From Callorhinchus milii (lineage: Eukaryota), in assembly GCF_018977255.1 (NCBI RefSeq), contig NW_024704742.1, forward strand, positions 56,298,001 to 56,362,000: a stretch of DNA of 64,000 bases, read 5' to 3'. Below, piece by piece: positions 24,961 through 39,024 of this stretch. The notes under the pieces are model-generated. The model was not told the DNA's origin. It did not search any database and was given only the letters and a program-made list of their open reading frames with translations. Made by a program: the position numbers and the translations under genes. Numbering within the stretch: the first letter of the stretch is position 1; each line of letters opens with the position of its first letter.

Positions 24961-25083
24961 CTTAGGGAAAAATAACAAAGGCAAGTTTGTATTTATCCTT
25001 TGAAATATTGCTTGGCAACAAAGGTTATTCCAGCACTAGGATTATTATTAGTACTGCCATCGAGAAAACACAATGAGCAGAAA
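24961..25083 (-). pseudogene. Possible exon, repeat 3 (FCSLCFLDG...; disrupted)
   Basis: Acceptor cttttgtattaatttag, donor AAG|gttaac; phase 2 start fits previous exon; similarity weak. Confidence 0.35.
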
Positions 25084-25520
25084 CTAAATTAATACAAAAG
25101 ATTGATTATCTGAGCCATAATGATAGACTGCACACACTGTGAATTATTATATTGAAAAATAGATCATCGATGGGTAACAATATTGAAATCATCCAGAATC
25201 CTAGATAGTATCAATGACTGAGGCTCCCAATAGTTTATTTTAATATAACTGAGTTCCAAAGCAAGAGGTTGTGGTCTTAAATTCAGAAGAGAGAGCATGA
25301 ATATTCAATTTTAATCAAATTATTTTGCACGAAATTACTGTTTGATTCACTTTACTTTAAAGGACAGTTAACATATATAACAGTTTGGTAAGAGAGGTGG
25401 TGAGTTTGATACTAAGGTAGTTTTTGGTAGGTATGTGGGACAGGAAGAGACGATGTGTTGAAAATGAATTTTATTGACTTTTTCTGCTCCCCCAAACATG
25501 CAGAACATTCCTATGTTCCG

Positions 25521-26280
25521 AACAACAACGACAACAAAATTACAGTTATAGAGCGCCTTTCATGTCGAGAGGACGTCCCAAAGCGCTGAACAGTCAGGGG
25601 TCAGGACCTGAGCATGGGTGAGAGGTGGTGTAGGGGTGAGCGAAGGCAGAGAGGTGGGAAGGCGACCATCAAAGAGAAGGGGCTTGAGACTGGCCTTGAA
25701 GGAGGTAAGGGAGGAAGCGAGGCGAATGGACTGAGGGATGGAGTTCCAGAGTGTGGGGGCAGAGAGGCTGAAAGCCCGGCCGCCGATGGTAGGGCGGGTC
25801 AGGCGGGAGACATGGAACGGGCTGGAGCCCGCTGAACGGAAGGAGCAGGCAGGTTGGTAGGGAGTCTATCCCCCAGTGCCTTCGCCGCCTCCTCCCTTTC
25901 CTCCTTCAAGGCCGTCTCAAGACCTTTCTCTTTGACCGTGCCTTCAGCTCCCCTCTCGACTCTCTACACCCTCCTCACTCCCTCCCTTCCCTCCCCTCAC
26001 CCTGACCATTTCCCCCTTGCTCGGGTCCTGACCCAACTGTACAGCGCCTTGGGACGTCTTCCTGACGTGAAAGGCGCTCAATAAATGCAATCTTGTTGTT
26101 GTTGTTGTTGAGTCAGCAGGTCAGAGAGGTAGGAGGGGGCAAGGCCATGGATGGATGGCCTTGAAAGTGAGGACGAGGATCTTGAATTCGATTCTCTGGG
26201 GATGGGGAGCAGTGATCTGCAGCTTGTGAGGGAAAGAGTTGGGAAGGCCGATGAGGAGGGAGTTTCCATGACAGAGGGTG
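25521..26280 (-). mobile_element. L2 3' fragment interrupted by a younger opposite-strand L2 3' end (about 25867-26110, +)
   Basis: Two L2 tails in opposite orientation; insert flanked by duplicated gagtc; insert near-identical to the tail of the 35.2-38.9 kb element. Confidence 0.9.
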
Positions 26281-26904
26281 ACTGATATTCCAATTATATA
26301 TCAATATGGACTAGAAGAGGACACCACAGCAGCAGATTCCCACATGACCAGTGTGTGGAACCTTTGCGTATTGGGGGATGTGACCATCAGAGCGTCTGAT
26401 GGTATTTGACAATCCAAGGTACTTTGTCCTCATTCTATTAAATTGTCATAAAAATATGAATTACATAACACAAAATGCTCTCGGGAGATTTGAAAGCAAA
26501 TTTCCCACTCATGTTACTAAATACAAATCAAGAAATACTGGTGCTATAAAATATTATATTAATTACGGTCTGACTCCTGGGGGAGGTTGTGTAATGAATA
26601 TTTTAATTAAATCTTTAGTAAAATGAGAAGACAGCTGACCAAATGCACATAGGAGAAATTAGTTGTGTCCTTCATTTAGCTCAGGCAAACTTTCTCACAT
26701 CACAAACCAAACTTCAGAATAAAGTTGTATGGAATATGTGGTCATCTTTTCCCTCCACACCCAATTGGCTCCCAACCCTAGCTCGAGTATCCAGATAGCA
26801 CTGCAAAGTGCTTTTATGCCCTTTCGATGTGAAGAGCACTATACAAATGAAAATTATATTGTATTGAATCACATCACAAGTAGCATTTTTCACCCATGTA
26901 ATAA

Positions 26905-27245
26905 TAATTCAATAATACTCTTGATATAGCACCTTTCATCTCGAGAGAGCAACTCAAAGAGCTTCACAAAATTTACTGACAAGTGAAGTGACTGTATATT
27001 TTCTATGCGAACTTTGCGCACAGTAACACCCCACAGTCTTGAAGTGAATGATCAATCTTATTTGTGGGGTTGTCGGCCTGGACATTTGGAGAAAATCCTC
27101 TTTTTGAATTGTACCCTTGGATCCTTAACATCTACTTGAACAGACAGAAAGGACTTTAGTTTAACATTTGATGTGAAGGACAACAGCTCCCACATCCAGT
27201 GCACCCCACACACTGCATTGTCAGTCTTAACTGTGAGTTCAAGGT
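26905..27245 (-). mobile_element. Old SacSINE1-like SINE
   Basis: Tail and GTAGATGTTAAGGATCC core on minus strand. Confidence 0.65.
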
Positions 27246-27549
27246 CATGGGGCGCATGCATGCACACATACACACACACACACAGACACATTATACGTAT
27301 CTTGGCGAATTTACTTTTTTATATGCAGAATGAAATATTTGGGAAGAGACAATACTACAGAGAAAAGTTGTGGACCATTGTCAAAGGATGTGAAAATGCA
27401 GTGAACAACTTCCTGTATAAGCAATACTTTTCATGCTCCATTTAATTTTGCTATTTTCACACTCAGAAGTTTTTTTGTGTGAAATTAAATGGGTCACACA
27501 AAAAATCCCTCTATTATTAACATCATTGTAAAGGAATATATACGTGCAC

Positions 27550-27655
27550 TGGGTTTCCAGCATTAAATGTGTTTCCAGTATAAAATTAGTTTGCAATATT
27601 AAATAGGTTCACAGTATTAAATGGGTTTGCATTATTAAATGGGTTTGCAGTATAC
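27550..27655. repeat. Degenerate 18-bp minisatellite, about 6 units
   Basis: Unit approximately GGGTTTGCAGTATTAAAT. Confidence 0.7.
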
Positions 27656-27826
27656 ATTGTTCCCTTAAGAAAATGAACAGGACAATCAAATTCAGAATGA
27701 ATTACCTCTCCTTATAAATCAATAAGATTCATGTTTATATAAAAATAATTATTGTGGCTCCATGTCAACACTTTCATCTGGAATGGGTGTCTCACAGTTT
27801 ACCTGCACACTTACATTTGGACTCAC

Positions 27827-28036
27827 ATTTTTAAAGCAACAATGCCCATGATTATCAACTGATTTGCATTGGAAAATGCTTCACCAAATTCTGTATTGTC
27901 ATGGTAACTGATTTTGTTTAGAAAAACTGTAGCAACCTTGATATTATCATCAGATCAGGTTATATCCCTGACAGCACTTCTCATCACACCCACATACAGC
28001 ACCCCCCTGAATGTATCAGCATGTCTGTTTACCAAT
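27827..28036 (-). pseudogene. Exon, repeat 3 (LVNRHADTFRGVLYVGVMRSAVRDIT*SDDNIKVATVFLNKISYHDNTEFGEAFSNANQLIIMGIVALK)
   Basis: Acceptor gcttcattacag, donor |gtgagt; 210 nt, phase 2 to 2; single TGA at 27955-27957; NANQLIIMGIVA ~ KVNEMIIGGGMA. Confidence 0.75.
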
Positions 28037-28539
28037 CTGTAATGAAGCTTACATTGTCACTGCAGGAAGGAGACCTCTAGATCTGCCTTACTCAAAGTTT
28101 AGATTCCATCCACTACAACATAAACAACAATTTGCACTTATATATTGCCTTTCTTGGCAATAGAATGTCTCAAAGTGTTTAACAAAGACAGAATGGGATT
28201 TAAAACTGAGAGGGAGTAGGGGCAGATGGTCAAAAATGTAGTCAAAGAGATAGATAATAAAAATAATAGTATTTGTTGCATTTAATACTGCATTTTTAAC
28301 ATTGGGAGGATGTCTCAAAGCTCTTCACAGTTTATCCTGTAAACTGTAGATCTTCAGATGGGTTTTAAAAGCAGAGAGAGGTGGTGGGGTAATACGGAAT
28401 AATACCGGAAGAGAGTTCCAGAGGGTGAGGCCAAGGAGCTGAAAGATCACCTGCCGATGGTAACGAGAATAGGCAGTAGGGTACATGGAAGGCATGTGGA
28501 GTTGGGGACAAGGAAACAGATGGAGGGTTAAATACAGTT

Positions 28540-29390
28540 CATAAAAACATAAGAATTTGCTAGGCGAAAGAAAACCAAGGTCCATCTAGTTCACCTTCCA
28601 CCAAGTTGGCAGTTGATTAACATGTCATGTCCAAAGTTATACACTGTATCCCGAGATGTTATTTTCTCGCAGAAATCTAATTTGTTCTAGAAACAAATGA
28701 CATTGTCTGCTTTTATTGTCTCCCTAGGGAGCCTGTTCCACAAGTTTACTAATCTCACACTGAAGTAGTGTTTCCACAGATTTGTTCTAAATCTGCCCCC
28801 TTCAGTCGTAGGCTGTGTCCTCTGGTTCTACTGTTCAGTATGGCCTTATCGAAATCCGGATATACAACATCCCCAGCCTTACCCTTGTTAAGCTCCTATG
28901 TCATACAGCCAATGAAAACCAGCAAATTAGTTTGGTAGGATCTCCCTTTCATAAACCCATATTGGCTCTCTTTTATCATTTTTTTACTGTCCAGATGCTC
29001 CATGATCTTATTTTTAACAAGAGTCTCCATAACATTACCCATAATGGACATCAAACACACTGGTCTGTAATTTCCTGGGCCACTTTTGGTACTTTTTTTA
29101 AAAATAGGAGGAGCATCTGCTTTTCTCCAGTCCCCAGGCAATTCTCCAGTATCCAGTGATTTCTGAAAGATTTGTTCCAGAGTTCTGCAATTTCCCCTTT
29201 TAGTTCCTTAAGGATCCTCGGATGCAATTTTTCTGGCCCTTGGGATTTGTTTACTCTAAGTTTGCACCGTTGTTCGGCAACCATGCTGATATATATAGTG
29301 TCACAACTTCTCTCTGCAATACCACTGAGTTCTCGTTCCAGATCCAATAAATTTCCGATCTTCTCTTTGCTAAAAACTGAGGCTAAAAAC
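28540..29390 (-). mobile_element. CR1 LINE fragment with internal deletion
   Basis: KSQGPEKLHPRILKELK; DWRKAD..PIFKK..GNYRPV; SQYGFMKGRS. Confidence 0.85.
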
Positions 29391-29567
29391 TTGAGGGAGG
29401 AGAGAGATGAGAGGGAGACAGATCAGAGGTATGTGTGGGATAAGGGAAGAAGTTGGGTGGAGGAGGAGAAGAGGCAACCTATTAGGATGCTTAGTTAAGG
29501 AAAGTTACCACCACTTCAATTAAGGCATTACACCTTAATACAGATAAATGTAAGGTACTACATATAC

Positions 29568-29720
29568 AACAACAACAACAAGATTCCATTTATAGAACGC
29601 CTTTCACGTCGGGAGGACGTCCCAAGGCGCTGTACAGTTGGGTCAGGACCTGAGCAGGGGGGAAATGGTCAGGGTGAGGGGAGGGAAGCGAGGGAGCGAG
29701 GAGGGGGTAGAGAGTCGATG
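29568..29720 (-). mobile_element. Young L2 3' tail
   Basis: Near-identical to 35249-35400. Confidence 0.9.
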
Positions 29721-30154
29721 CAAGCATAGAAAATGAAAGTCTTCCGTGGATATGATTGAACTTGCCAAGGGGGAAGCTGAAAGAGATCGAGGGGTCTCAT
29801 CACTCACTATGTCAAAACAGTAAAAGCCAGCAATAAAACAAGGCAAACAGGAAGCAGAGCTATGTTGCTAAATCAGGTGAGTTTAGATCATCAGAGTCAG
29901 GCTGTATCGTGCTCTTGTCAGGTTGTACAGTATTCTGGTCACTGTGACATAAGGGGGCTGCCCAGGTCCTAGAGGTAATGCAGAGGAGAGCAAAAAGGAT
30001 AATCCCAGTTTTAGAGGAACAAACTATGAGCAATGATTAGACACAATGGCTCTTCATTCTTGAGAAAAGATGACTCAGAGTGGACCTCATACAGGTTCAT
30101 AATGTATACCTTTTTAATGGGATTGAAAATGTAAACCCAGATCAATACTTTAGC

Positions 30155-30495
30155 ATAATAATAATCCCTGCATTTGATATAGTCTCAAAGCACTTCACAG
30201 AATTTTTTGGTAAAGCGAATTGACTATATATTTTGTGAGCAAAACTCAGCCAATTGCACACAGCAGTGTCCCACAAACCGTTGTGGATTGAGTGACCAAA
30301 TCATAATTTTTTTTGAAGGGATTATTTCACCCAGAAAAGCGATCCGCCATTTAGCTAACAATCATAGTTTCTATTTACTGCTAAGTAAACAGGCATGTGG
30401 AGTAAGGAAACTTGCCTAACGTTTCACCCTGCCTGGGAATTGAACTTAGGTCTTCTCTTTGCTAGGCGAGTGGTCTAACTCCTGAGCTACAGGAT
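30155..30495 (-). mobile_element. SINE, long subfamily, diverged
   Basis: Tail, Deu core and head on minus strand. Confidence 0.85.
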
Positions 30496-30999
30496 GTAGG
30501 GTGGGTGTTCTGGAGAGTTGAGCTCAGGTGGGCCAAAGAAACTTGTTCAAAAACACTAATCTTGTAATGTTGAGGAGGTATGGAATATTTAAACCTCTCT
30601 TTTTTGATGTGACCAATTTGTCTGTGACAAAGTTATCATCCCTTAGAGTTCTTTAAACTAATAATGAGACCTGAAAGTTTATACAGTATAATAATATATA
30701 ATAATATACATTAGAAATAGGAAGAAAGGTACATATTCCTATGAAGCAGAATGAGGAAAATAATTAGAGCATTTTGGGTATGCGTGCAGTGACGAGTCGA
30801 GTTCTGTATCTCTTATTATTTATACAAATCATAAATGTCTTCTGTAATATATAAAACCATGGCCATTGGAACTAAGATAGTACCAGGCAGGTGAATAACA
30901 TAAGGAAAAACACTGTACATATCTGAGCCAATTCAACAGAAGGGTCAAGAATGGCAGACGGATTTTGAACTGCATTTGTATTTGTACACCCAAGCTACC

Positions 31000-32480
31000 T
31001 GCATAACATATCCCCCCCACCACCATGCCCCCCTCAAATCCAATGGTGGTTTCTTATTATTATTCACAAGTGATTCTCGAGGTCAAAAACAATCCCAAAA
31101 TCCTAATCTCCATGACCCACCACCTCCTACACACCCCCTCTCAAGCACCTCGATCCTCACCTCAGATGCCAAGTGTGAAAAAGTTCTGCACTTTTACATC
31201 ATCAAGATCGACAACATCTACCTGACTGCCTCCTGCTCTTCCTGCTCCCCATGTCACTACCAACCCCTCATGCCTCCTTCACCATCCTCTCCTCCTACCA
31301 CTACAGGCTGATACAATCAACCAGCCCCTCTCCTCCAGCTCTATCCCATTCCCCCTCAAAACCGCTGTCATCACTCTTCTCCTCAAAAAAAATGACCCTC
31401 GATCCCTCCAAACCTCACAAATTTCAGAAGCATTTCAAATCTTCCCTTCCTGGCCAAAGATTGGGAACCCGTGAATGAAAATCAATTTCGCTCACACCTC
31501 TCCCTACTTCCTACTTGTACCCTACCAGTTCGGTTTTCGCCCTGCCAACACCACACAGGCAGCGCTTGTCAAAGCAATAAATAATTTCCTCTCTCTCTTT
31601 GACCAGGTTCTCCTCTGCCTCTTCATTCTCCTGGACCTCTTCACTGCGTTTGACACAGTCGATCACATCATCCTCCTCCACTGCCTCTCCACCTGCATCC
31701 ATTTTAGTGAGACTGCATTTGCATGGCTCGAGTCCTATTTGACTAAGCGCTAACAATATATCTCAGCAAACGGTTTCTCCTCCCGCCCCTGCCCGGTCAA
31801 TGCAGGGTACCCCAAGGCTCCATCCTTGGCCCCCTTCTTTTCAACTTCCACATGTATGTGGATGACACCCAAATCTACTTCTCCTCCTCCAGCTGTAATG
31901 ACCTGTCCGTTGATGTCCTGTAAGCTTATTTGATGGACATCAAGGTCTGGATGAATGCAAATTTCCTGCACCTGAACACAAGATGGAAGCCAAAATCTTT
32001 GGACGTCTTCTTTCCTGTGGGTCCGAACTCCTCAACCACCCTCAGACTTACCAAATCCATGCGCAATTTAGGTATCAGGTTTTATCCACAGCTTTCCTTT
32101 CTCCCCCAATCTGTTCCCTAACCAGGACCACTTTTTTCCACCAGCACCACATTGCCAGCATCCATCCATACCTCACACCCACAGCAGCCAAAACCTTTGT
32201 CCACGCCTTTGTCACTTCCTGCCTGCACTTTTCAAATGCACTCCTCGCTGGTCTCTTGAGTTCCACCATATACAAAATTCAATTCATTTAGAACTCTGCC
32301 ACCTGGATACTAATCTGCACAAAACTCCCATCACACCAGTCTTTGCGAGGCTCCACTGGCTCCCAATTACCAAAATGGATCGACTTCAAGATTCTCTCAC
32401 TCATTTTCAAATCCCTTCATGCACTTGCACCACCCTACGTATCCGAGTTGCTTACCCCCACTCCACCACTTGGTGCCTCT
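31000..32480 (+). mobile_element. Old L2 LINE fragment (RT region)
   Basis: QFGFRPAN...LLDLFTAFDTVDH; HMYVDD; FVHAFVTS. Confidence 0.9.
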
Positions 32481-32679
32481 GCCTGCATAATTAACCTAAG
32501 CTGATGGGTAGGATTATTTAAATGATATCCAAAGTGAAATCAAAACATCCCATATACAACTAGGGGCTGAGTGACCAATGCATCTGGTGGGGTTGTTGGC
32601 CAGGAGAAACTCTTTTCTATTGAATCATCTTTTTCTGTCCTATTGGAGTGTACAAGCACCTCCTTTTTCCAATCCGAAG

Positions 32680-33810
32680 CCGTTTGATGAAGTGCCACAT
32701 AATAGATTTGTTAGCAAAATTCAAGCCCATGGGATTCAAGGAGCAGTAGCAGTATGGATTCGAAATTGGCTGGGAGACAGAAAGCAGAAGGTTGTGGTGA
32801 TGCTTGTTTTGTAGACTGGAGGAAGATATACAGTAGTATCCCACAAGGGTCAGTATTAGGACCACTGCTCTTATTAATATATAGTAATGACCTGGACTTT
32901 GGCATAGAGAGCAAAATTTTTAAGTTTGCAGATGACACAAAATTTGGAAATGTAGCAAACAGTGAGGAGGATAGTAACAGACTGCAGGAGGATTTAGACA
33001 GAATGATGAAATGGGCAGACACGTGGCAGATGGAATTTAATGCAGAGAAGTATGAAGTGATGGATTTTGGGAAGAGGAATGAGGAGAGTCAATATACAAT
33101 AAATAGTACAATTTTAGAGGGGGTACAGGAACAAAGGGACCTGGGGATACACATACACAAATCTTTGAAGGTGGCAGGACAAGTTGACAAAGCGGTTAAA
33201 AAAGCATATGGGATCCTTGGTTTTAGAAATGGAGGCATAGAGTATAAGAGTAAGGAAGTTATGTTGAACCTTTACAAATTGCTGGTTAGGCCTCAGCTAG
33301 AGTATTGTGTCCAATTCTGGGCACCACACTTTAAGAAGGATGTCAGGGCCTTTGAGAGGGTGCAGAGAAGATGTACAAGAATGGTACCAGAGATGAGAGA
33401 CTACAATTATGTGGAGAGATTAGAGAGGCTGGGATATTCTCCTTAGACCACAGAAGGTTGAGGGGAGATTTAATAGAGATATTCAAAATTATGAGGGATT
33501 TTGATAGAGCGGATAGGGAGAAACTGTTTCCTTTGGCAGGTGGGTCGGTAACCAGAGAACACATATTTAAGAGGGGAGGTGAGCAGATTTTTTTTACGAG
33601 GTGAGTTGTTACAATCTGGAATGCATTGCCTGAAATGATGGTGGAAGCAGATTCAATAACAGGTTTCAAAAGGGAATTGGATAGGTTTTTAAAAATGAAG
33701 AATTTGCAGGGCTATGTGGGAAGAATGGGGGAGTGGAATAATTATTAGCTGTTCGAAAGAGCCAGCACAGGCATGATGGGACTTCTGTGCTGTAAAATTC
33801 TATGATTCTA
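32680..33810 (+). mobile_element. CR1 LINE, 5'-truncated
   Basis: ORF 32754-33446 [46 protein letters not shown] tail. Confidence 0.95.
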
Positions 33811-35248
33811 TATTGAACCATTTGGACAATATGATCTAACTAGGTCTAAGTGGAAGTGAAATTTTTTGGGCCTTTCATTATGAGCTTTCATTGTCCACAG
33901 AGAATATTACACTGGTCATGCAACAACACCACATTTAAAGAATTATTAATCTCACTCCCTAATACAGGACGAATGAAGTGTGGCTTACCTAGTGAAGCTT
34001 GCAAGTTGTTCAAATGAAGTGTCAGACCAGGACTTATGTGTTTATATTTGTACAATAAGTCACAAGATTGGTTTGGATGAAAAATAACTTTTAACCCATT
34101 TTATCTCAACTTTCCAGAACACCCATACTAGCATCTTTTTATCACAGTTGTTTTTTTATATGAATTCAGTTTACTGGCTTCAACCAGCCTTCCTGGGAAT
34201 CTGTTGCAGTTTTTAACTACCCTCTGAGTAAAAAAAAACTTCCAGGTGTCTGTCCTGATCAAAGTTGCCCTTTGCAACTCTAAACCTATGGGGAAGCTTT
34301 CAATTGGTCTGTCCCCAAGCTCTGGAACTCCATCCAACCTCCTTCCTCCCACCCTACTTTTAAAACCTTTATCAAGACTTACTTTTTTGACCATGCTTTT
34401 GGTCACCTTTCTCCCTCCCTTCTACCATCTTCAGCCCCCAGCTCAAGGTACCCAGCTGCTGCGTAAAGCACCTTGGGACAAATTCCCAACGTTAAAAGCA
34501 CTATATAAATGTAAATTGGACTATATATAATAGGTCCTCTTGTTCCAATGTTTTTGGTGCATTGTAAAGTATTCTTCTGGGTTTACTTTTCCAATCCTAT
34601 TTAAAATGTTATACACTTTGTGGGGTCTCCTCTGAGAGGCCTTCTCTCAGGACTGAAGAACCTTAGAGTGTCTAATCATCGCTTATTGCTCATCAAGTGC
34701 TTTAACTCTACAAGTCATTCATAATTGTGGTACTTGACATCATGGGCAGTGAATCTGAACATTCGACATTGAGTTAAGCCACAGTATTCAATTAAACACT
34801 GGAATCGACAGCCAAAAGTTCAATAATTCCAGCTTTTTTTGTGAAAGTACCTGTATTTAAATGAAGTTGGAGGAGGGAGGAACACTCCCACATGGGAGTT
34901 ATCTATGGGAAGTCCTCTAAGAACACAATGATCCATAATGTAATTATTACATACATACTGCATCTTTGGAACATTGCTGTTCACAACTGGCTGCCACATT
35001 TTGTCCATAAAACAGACTAAATAAACTTTACAATATATCCTGTGAAGCACTTTGAGACATCTCAAAAGCATGATATGGGGCCATATAAATGCAAGGATTA
35101 TTATTATTATAAAATCAGACTCATTCTGTTCAGAAGATCCATTACTCCTGTGTGAGTGTTGAATCAATAAAATATTTCACATTCCTGGCACCAATTCATT
35201 TTGAGAGAAAACCTTTGGGACAGAATGAGGTAACTTCACTCTACATCT

Positions 35249-38200
35249 ACAACAACAACAACAAGATTCCATTTACAGAGCGCCTTTCACGTCGGGAGGA
35301 TGTCCCAAGGCACTGTACAGTTGGGTCAGGACCCGAGCAGGGGGGAAATGGTCAGGGTGAGGGGAGGGAAGGGAGGGAGCGAGGAGGGGGTAGAGAGTCG
35401 AGAGGGGAGCTGAAGGCACAGTCAAAGAGAAAGGTCTTGAGACCGGCCTTGAAGGAGGAAAGGGAGGAGGCGGCGAAGGCACTGGGGGATAGAGTTCCAG
35501 AGCCTCGGGGCTGAGAGGCTGAAGGACCAGCCACCGATGGAAGGGCGGTTGGGGCGGGGGATGTGGAGCAGACCGGAGCCAGAGGAACGGAGGGTATGGG
35601 CAGGTAAGTAGGGGGATAGTAGGTCAGAGAGGTAGGAGGGAGCAAGGCCGTGAATGGCCTTGTAGGTGAGGATGAGGATCTTGAATTCGATCCTCTGGGG
35701 GATGGGGAGCCAGTGGGGGCGAGCGAGGGTGGGAGTGATGTGGTCGCGAAGCCTGGTGCGGGACAGTACACGAGCTGCAGAGTTCTGAATGACCTGCAGC
35801 TTGTGGAGGGAGGTGCCGGGAAGGCCGGCGAGGAGAGAGTTCCCATAGTCCAGCCTTGAGGTGATAAAGGCGTGGACCAGAGTTTCAGCAGCGTGAGGGG
35901 TGAGGTAGTGCCGTAGTCTGGCGATGTTTCGGAGGTGATGGAAGGCGGTGCCAGTTGTGGCACGGATATGAGGAAGAAAGGACAGCTCAGGGTCGAACAG
36001 AACCCCGAGGTTCCTGACGGCTTTGAGAGGTGGAGAGTGCAGCCTTGGATGCTGATGGTGTCAGCGCCTGAGGTGCGGAGGCGCTGACGTGAGCCAATCA
36101 GGAGGGCCTCGGTTTTTCGCACGTTGAGCTGAAGAAAGTTGTCTCTCGTCCAGGACTCGATGTCGGACAGGCAGCTGTCAGGACATCGGTGGTCGTGGAG
36201 TTGAGAGTAGAGGAGGAAAGGTAGAGTTGGGTGTCATCCGCATACATGTGGAAGTTAACCCCATGTCTGCGGATGATGTCACCAAGGGGGAGCATATAGA
36301 GGGTGAAGAGGAGGGGACCGAGGACAGAGCCCTGAGGGACACCGCACGAGACAGTGCGGGGGCCGGAGGAAAAGCCGTTTGTGGAAACAAAATGAAGACG
36401 GTGGGAGAGGTACGACCTAAACCACTCAAGGACAGGGCCTTGAAGGTTGAGGTGGGAGGACAAGCGGTGGAGGAGGATAGCATGGTCGACCGTATCGAAT
36501 GCTGCCGATAGGTCGAGGAGGACGAGGAGGCAGAGGGAGCCCTGGTCGCAGATGGTCAGGATGTCATTGGTGACCTTGACCAGGGCAGTTTCTGTGCTAT
36601 GGGCAGCACGGAAACCCGACTGAAGGGGTTCGAATAATGAATGGGTGGAGAGGAAAGAGCGCAGCTGGGAGGCGACAACTCTTTCAAGGACCTTGGACAG
36701 GAAGGGGAGGTTGGAGATGGGCCGGTAGCTTGATAGCTGCGACACATCAAGGGAGGGTTTTTTCAGAGTGGGAGTGATGGTGGCAGTTTTTAGAGGAATG
36801 GGAACAGAGCCAGAGGAGAGGGACAGGTTGATGATGTCTGTGATATGTGGGGCAAGGAGGTGGAGCTGAGAGATAAGGAGTAGAGTGGGGATGGGGTCAA
36901 GGGAGCAGGTGGTGGGTTTCAGGGATAGGATGAGTTTGGTGACAGAAGGTGGGGAAACGGGTATGAATGTGTGTAGGGGAGGATGGGTAGGAGTCGGAGT
37001 GTGGGATGGAGGGGGTGGGGTTGGGTGGAGTTTGGAGGGGAAGTAACCGCGGAGCGGATTCGCTTGATTTTGGATTCAAGGAAATCCAGCATCTCCTCGC
37101 AGTGAAGGTTGGAGGAGATGACCTGCGCGGGGTGGTGGGGGGACAGAGGAGTCGGGATGTGGTAGAAAACAGAAGCCTGGGGTTGCTCTTCGCCACCAGG
37201 ATTATCCTGGAGTAGAAGGACGACTTGGCCGAGGCTAGAGTGGAGCAGTAGATTTTGAGGAGGTCCAGCCAGATTTGTCGGTGGACCGTTAGGCCAGATT
37301 TGAGGCAGGTGTGTTCAGCGGCCCGCACCTGGCTCTTCAGTGAGCGGAGGTGGGTGGTGAACCAGGGGGAGGAGTGAGAGTAAGAAACAGTATGGGAGGT
37401 GATGGGGGCAAGAGTGTCGAGTGTGGAGGAGAGGGTGTTGTGGAAGAGGGTGAGAGGAGAAGAGGTCAGTGAGGGTTGAAGGTCAGAGGGAGAGGAGTTC
37501 AGAGGACTCCAAGGCAGCGGTTAGGGATTGTGGGGGTAACTTCTTCCAGGGCGGTAGAAGATGGTGGTGGGTCTGGTGGAGGTGGGGAGGGGGTGGAGGT
37601 GGTGAAGGAGATGAAGTGGTGATCGGAGACGGCCTTGTCGGTAATGGTGACATCCGAGACACTGAGGCCCCGGGTGATCACCAAGTCGAGTGGGTGGCCG
37701 TGACTGTGAGTGGGGGAGTTGATGTGGAGGGAGAGGTTGAGTGAGGAGAGCAGGGAAGAGAAGTCCGAGGAGATGGAGCAGGAGGGGGTGAAGTGCAGGT
37801 TGAAGTCGCCCAGGATGATGAGGAGATCAGAGCAGAGGCAGAGAGATGTAAGTAGTGTTGAAATATCGGAGATGAAGGAGGGAGAGGTTTTAGGGGGCCG
37901 GTAGAGGAGGAGGATTTTGAGTGAGAGGAAGGAGGGGTGGGAGAGGGTGAGCTGCTCGAAAGAGGGGAAAAAGCCAGAGGAGTAGGGGGATAGGGCAAGT
38001 GGTGTCCTTGAGATAAGGGCTACACCACCGCCACGGCGGTTGGGGCGAGGGATGTGGTGGGAGGTGTAGCCGGGTGGTGTGGCCTCCGTGAGGGGGAAGG
38101 TGTTGCCTGGGGTGAGCCAGGTTTCCGTTAAGGCCATGATGTCAACGCTCTCATCAAGGATGAGATCGTTTATGACCAGGGCCTTGTTACAGAGGGAGCG

Positions 38201-38908
38201 GACGTTTTGTAGTCCGATGTGGAGGGAACGGTTGACAGAAGGGTGTGTGAGGAGGGAGGGGTATCCAGGTTGTGAGGCAGGGGTGGGGGGAATGGGGATA
38301 AGGGAGGAGAAGTTGGCTCCCCGGGTTTGTATCCGGGGTGGCTGGCGAGTGTGGTGGGGAATGGGGCAGTCAGTGTGGCTGCTGCTGGACAGCCAACGCC
38401 GAGTGCCACGGTGAGCCCGGCGGAGGATTGGAACAGAGGGAGGTTGTGGGAGGGTCAAGTGGGGATAGAAGGCGAGAGGGACGGAGAGAGAGGAGGACAG
38501 AGCGGGAGAGATGGAGAGGGTGAAGGGTTTGGGGGGAGAGACAAGGGGGGAGGGAGGGAGGGGCTGAGGGGGCTCGGGTCAAAGCGGCAGCCATAGTGCG
38601 CACTCGGGGACCGGGAGCGAGCGGCCAGGTGGATGGCATTAGCCCATAGGCTGGGGCTGGGGCTGGGGCAGCCAACCCAACAGGACCATGGTGGGCCCTG
38701 ATGCGAGCCCCGGGGGGCGGAGGGAGGCGCAGAGGTTTTTTTTTGTTGCACGCACACACTCCTAAAAACTAAACTATGACGTCAGCGGTTCCCCCGCTCC
38801 CACACACACCCCCTACAGCCCCCCTTGCTGCACTTCTCCTGCCCCCTCGTGCTTTAATACCTGAGAAGGTAGGCACAGGCTCCTCCCCGCGCTGTCCTGC
38901 CGCCGCTG
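35249..38908 (-). mobile_element. Near full-length young L2 LINE (APE endonuclease and RT, frameshifted), GC-rich 5' region, (GTT)n tail
   Basis: LQNVRSL..LTETWL..GGGVA..LGDFN..LDL..SDH (37499-38458); [46 protein letters not shown] (36098-36745); CpGs retained. Confidence 0.97.
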
Positions 38909-39024
38909 TATTTGTAGTCACAAGGTGCTAATTAACTTTGATTTTGCCTTAAGACCTATTTTTTTCATAGCCCATCTGGAACTCTGGAGCTTGTGTCCTC
39001 TTCCGCACAATATCAATGGAAAGC

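Noticed and set aside
915..28036. In-frame TGA codons as selenocysteine or programmed read-through
   Set aside because: TAA and TAG stops and frameshifts also occur, and the TGAs are not at conserved Cys-like positions; decay is the simpler explanation.
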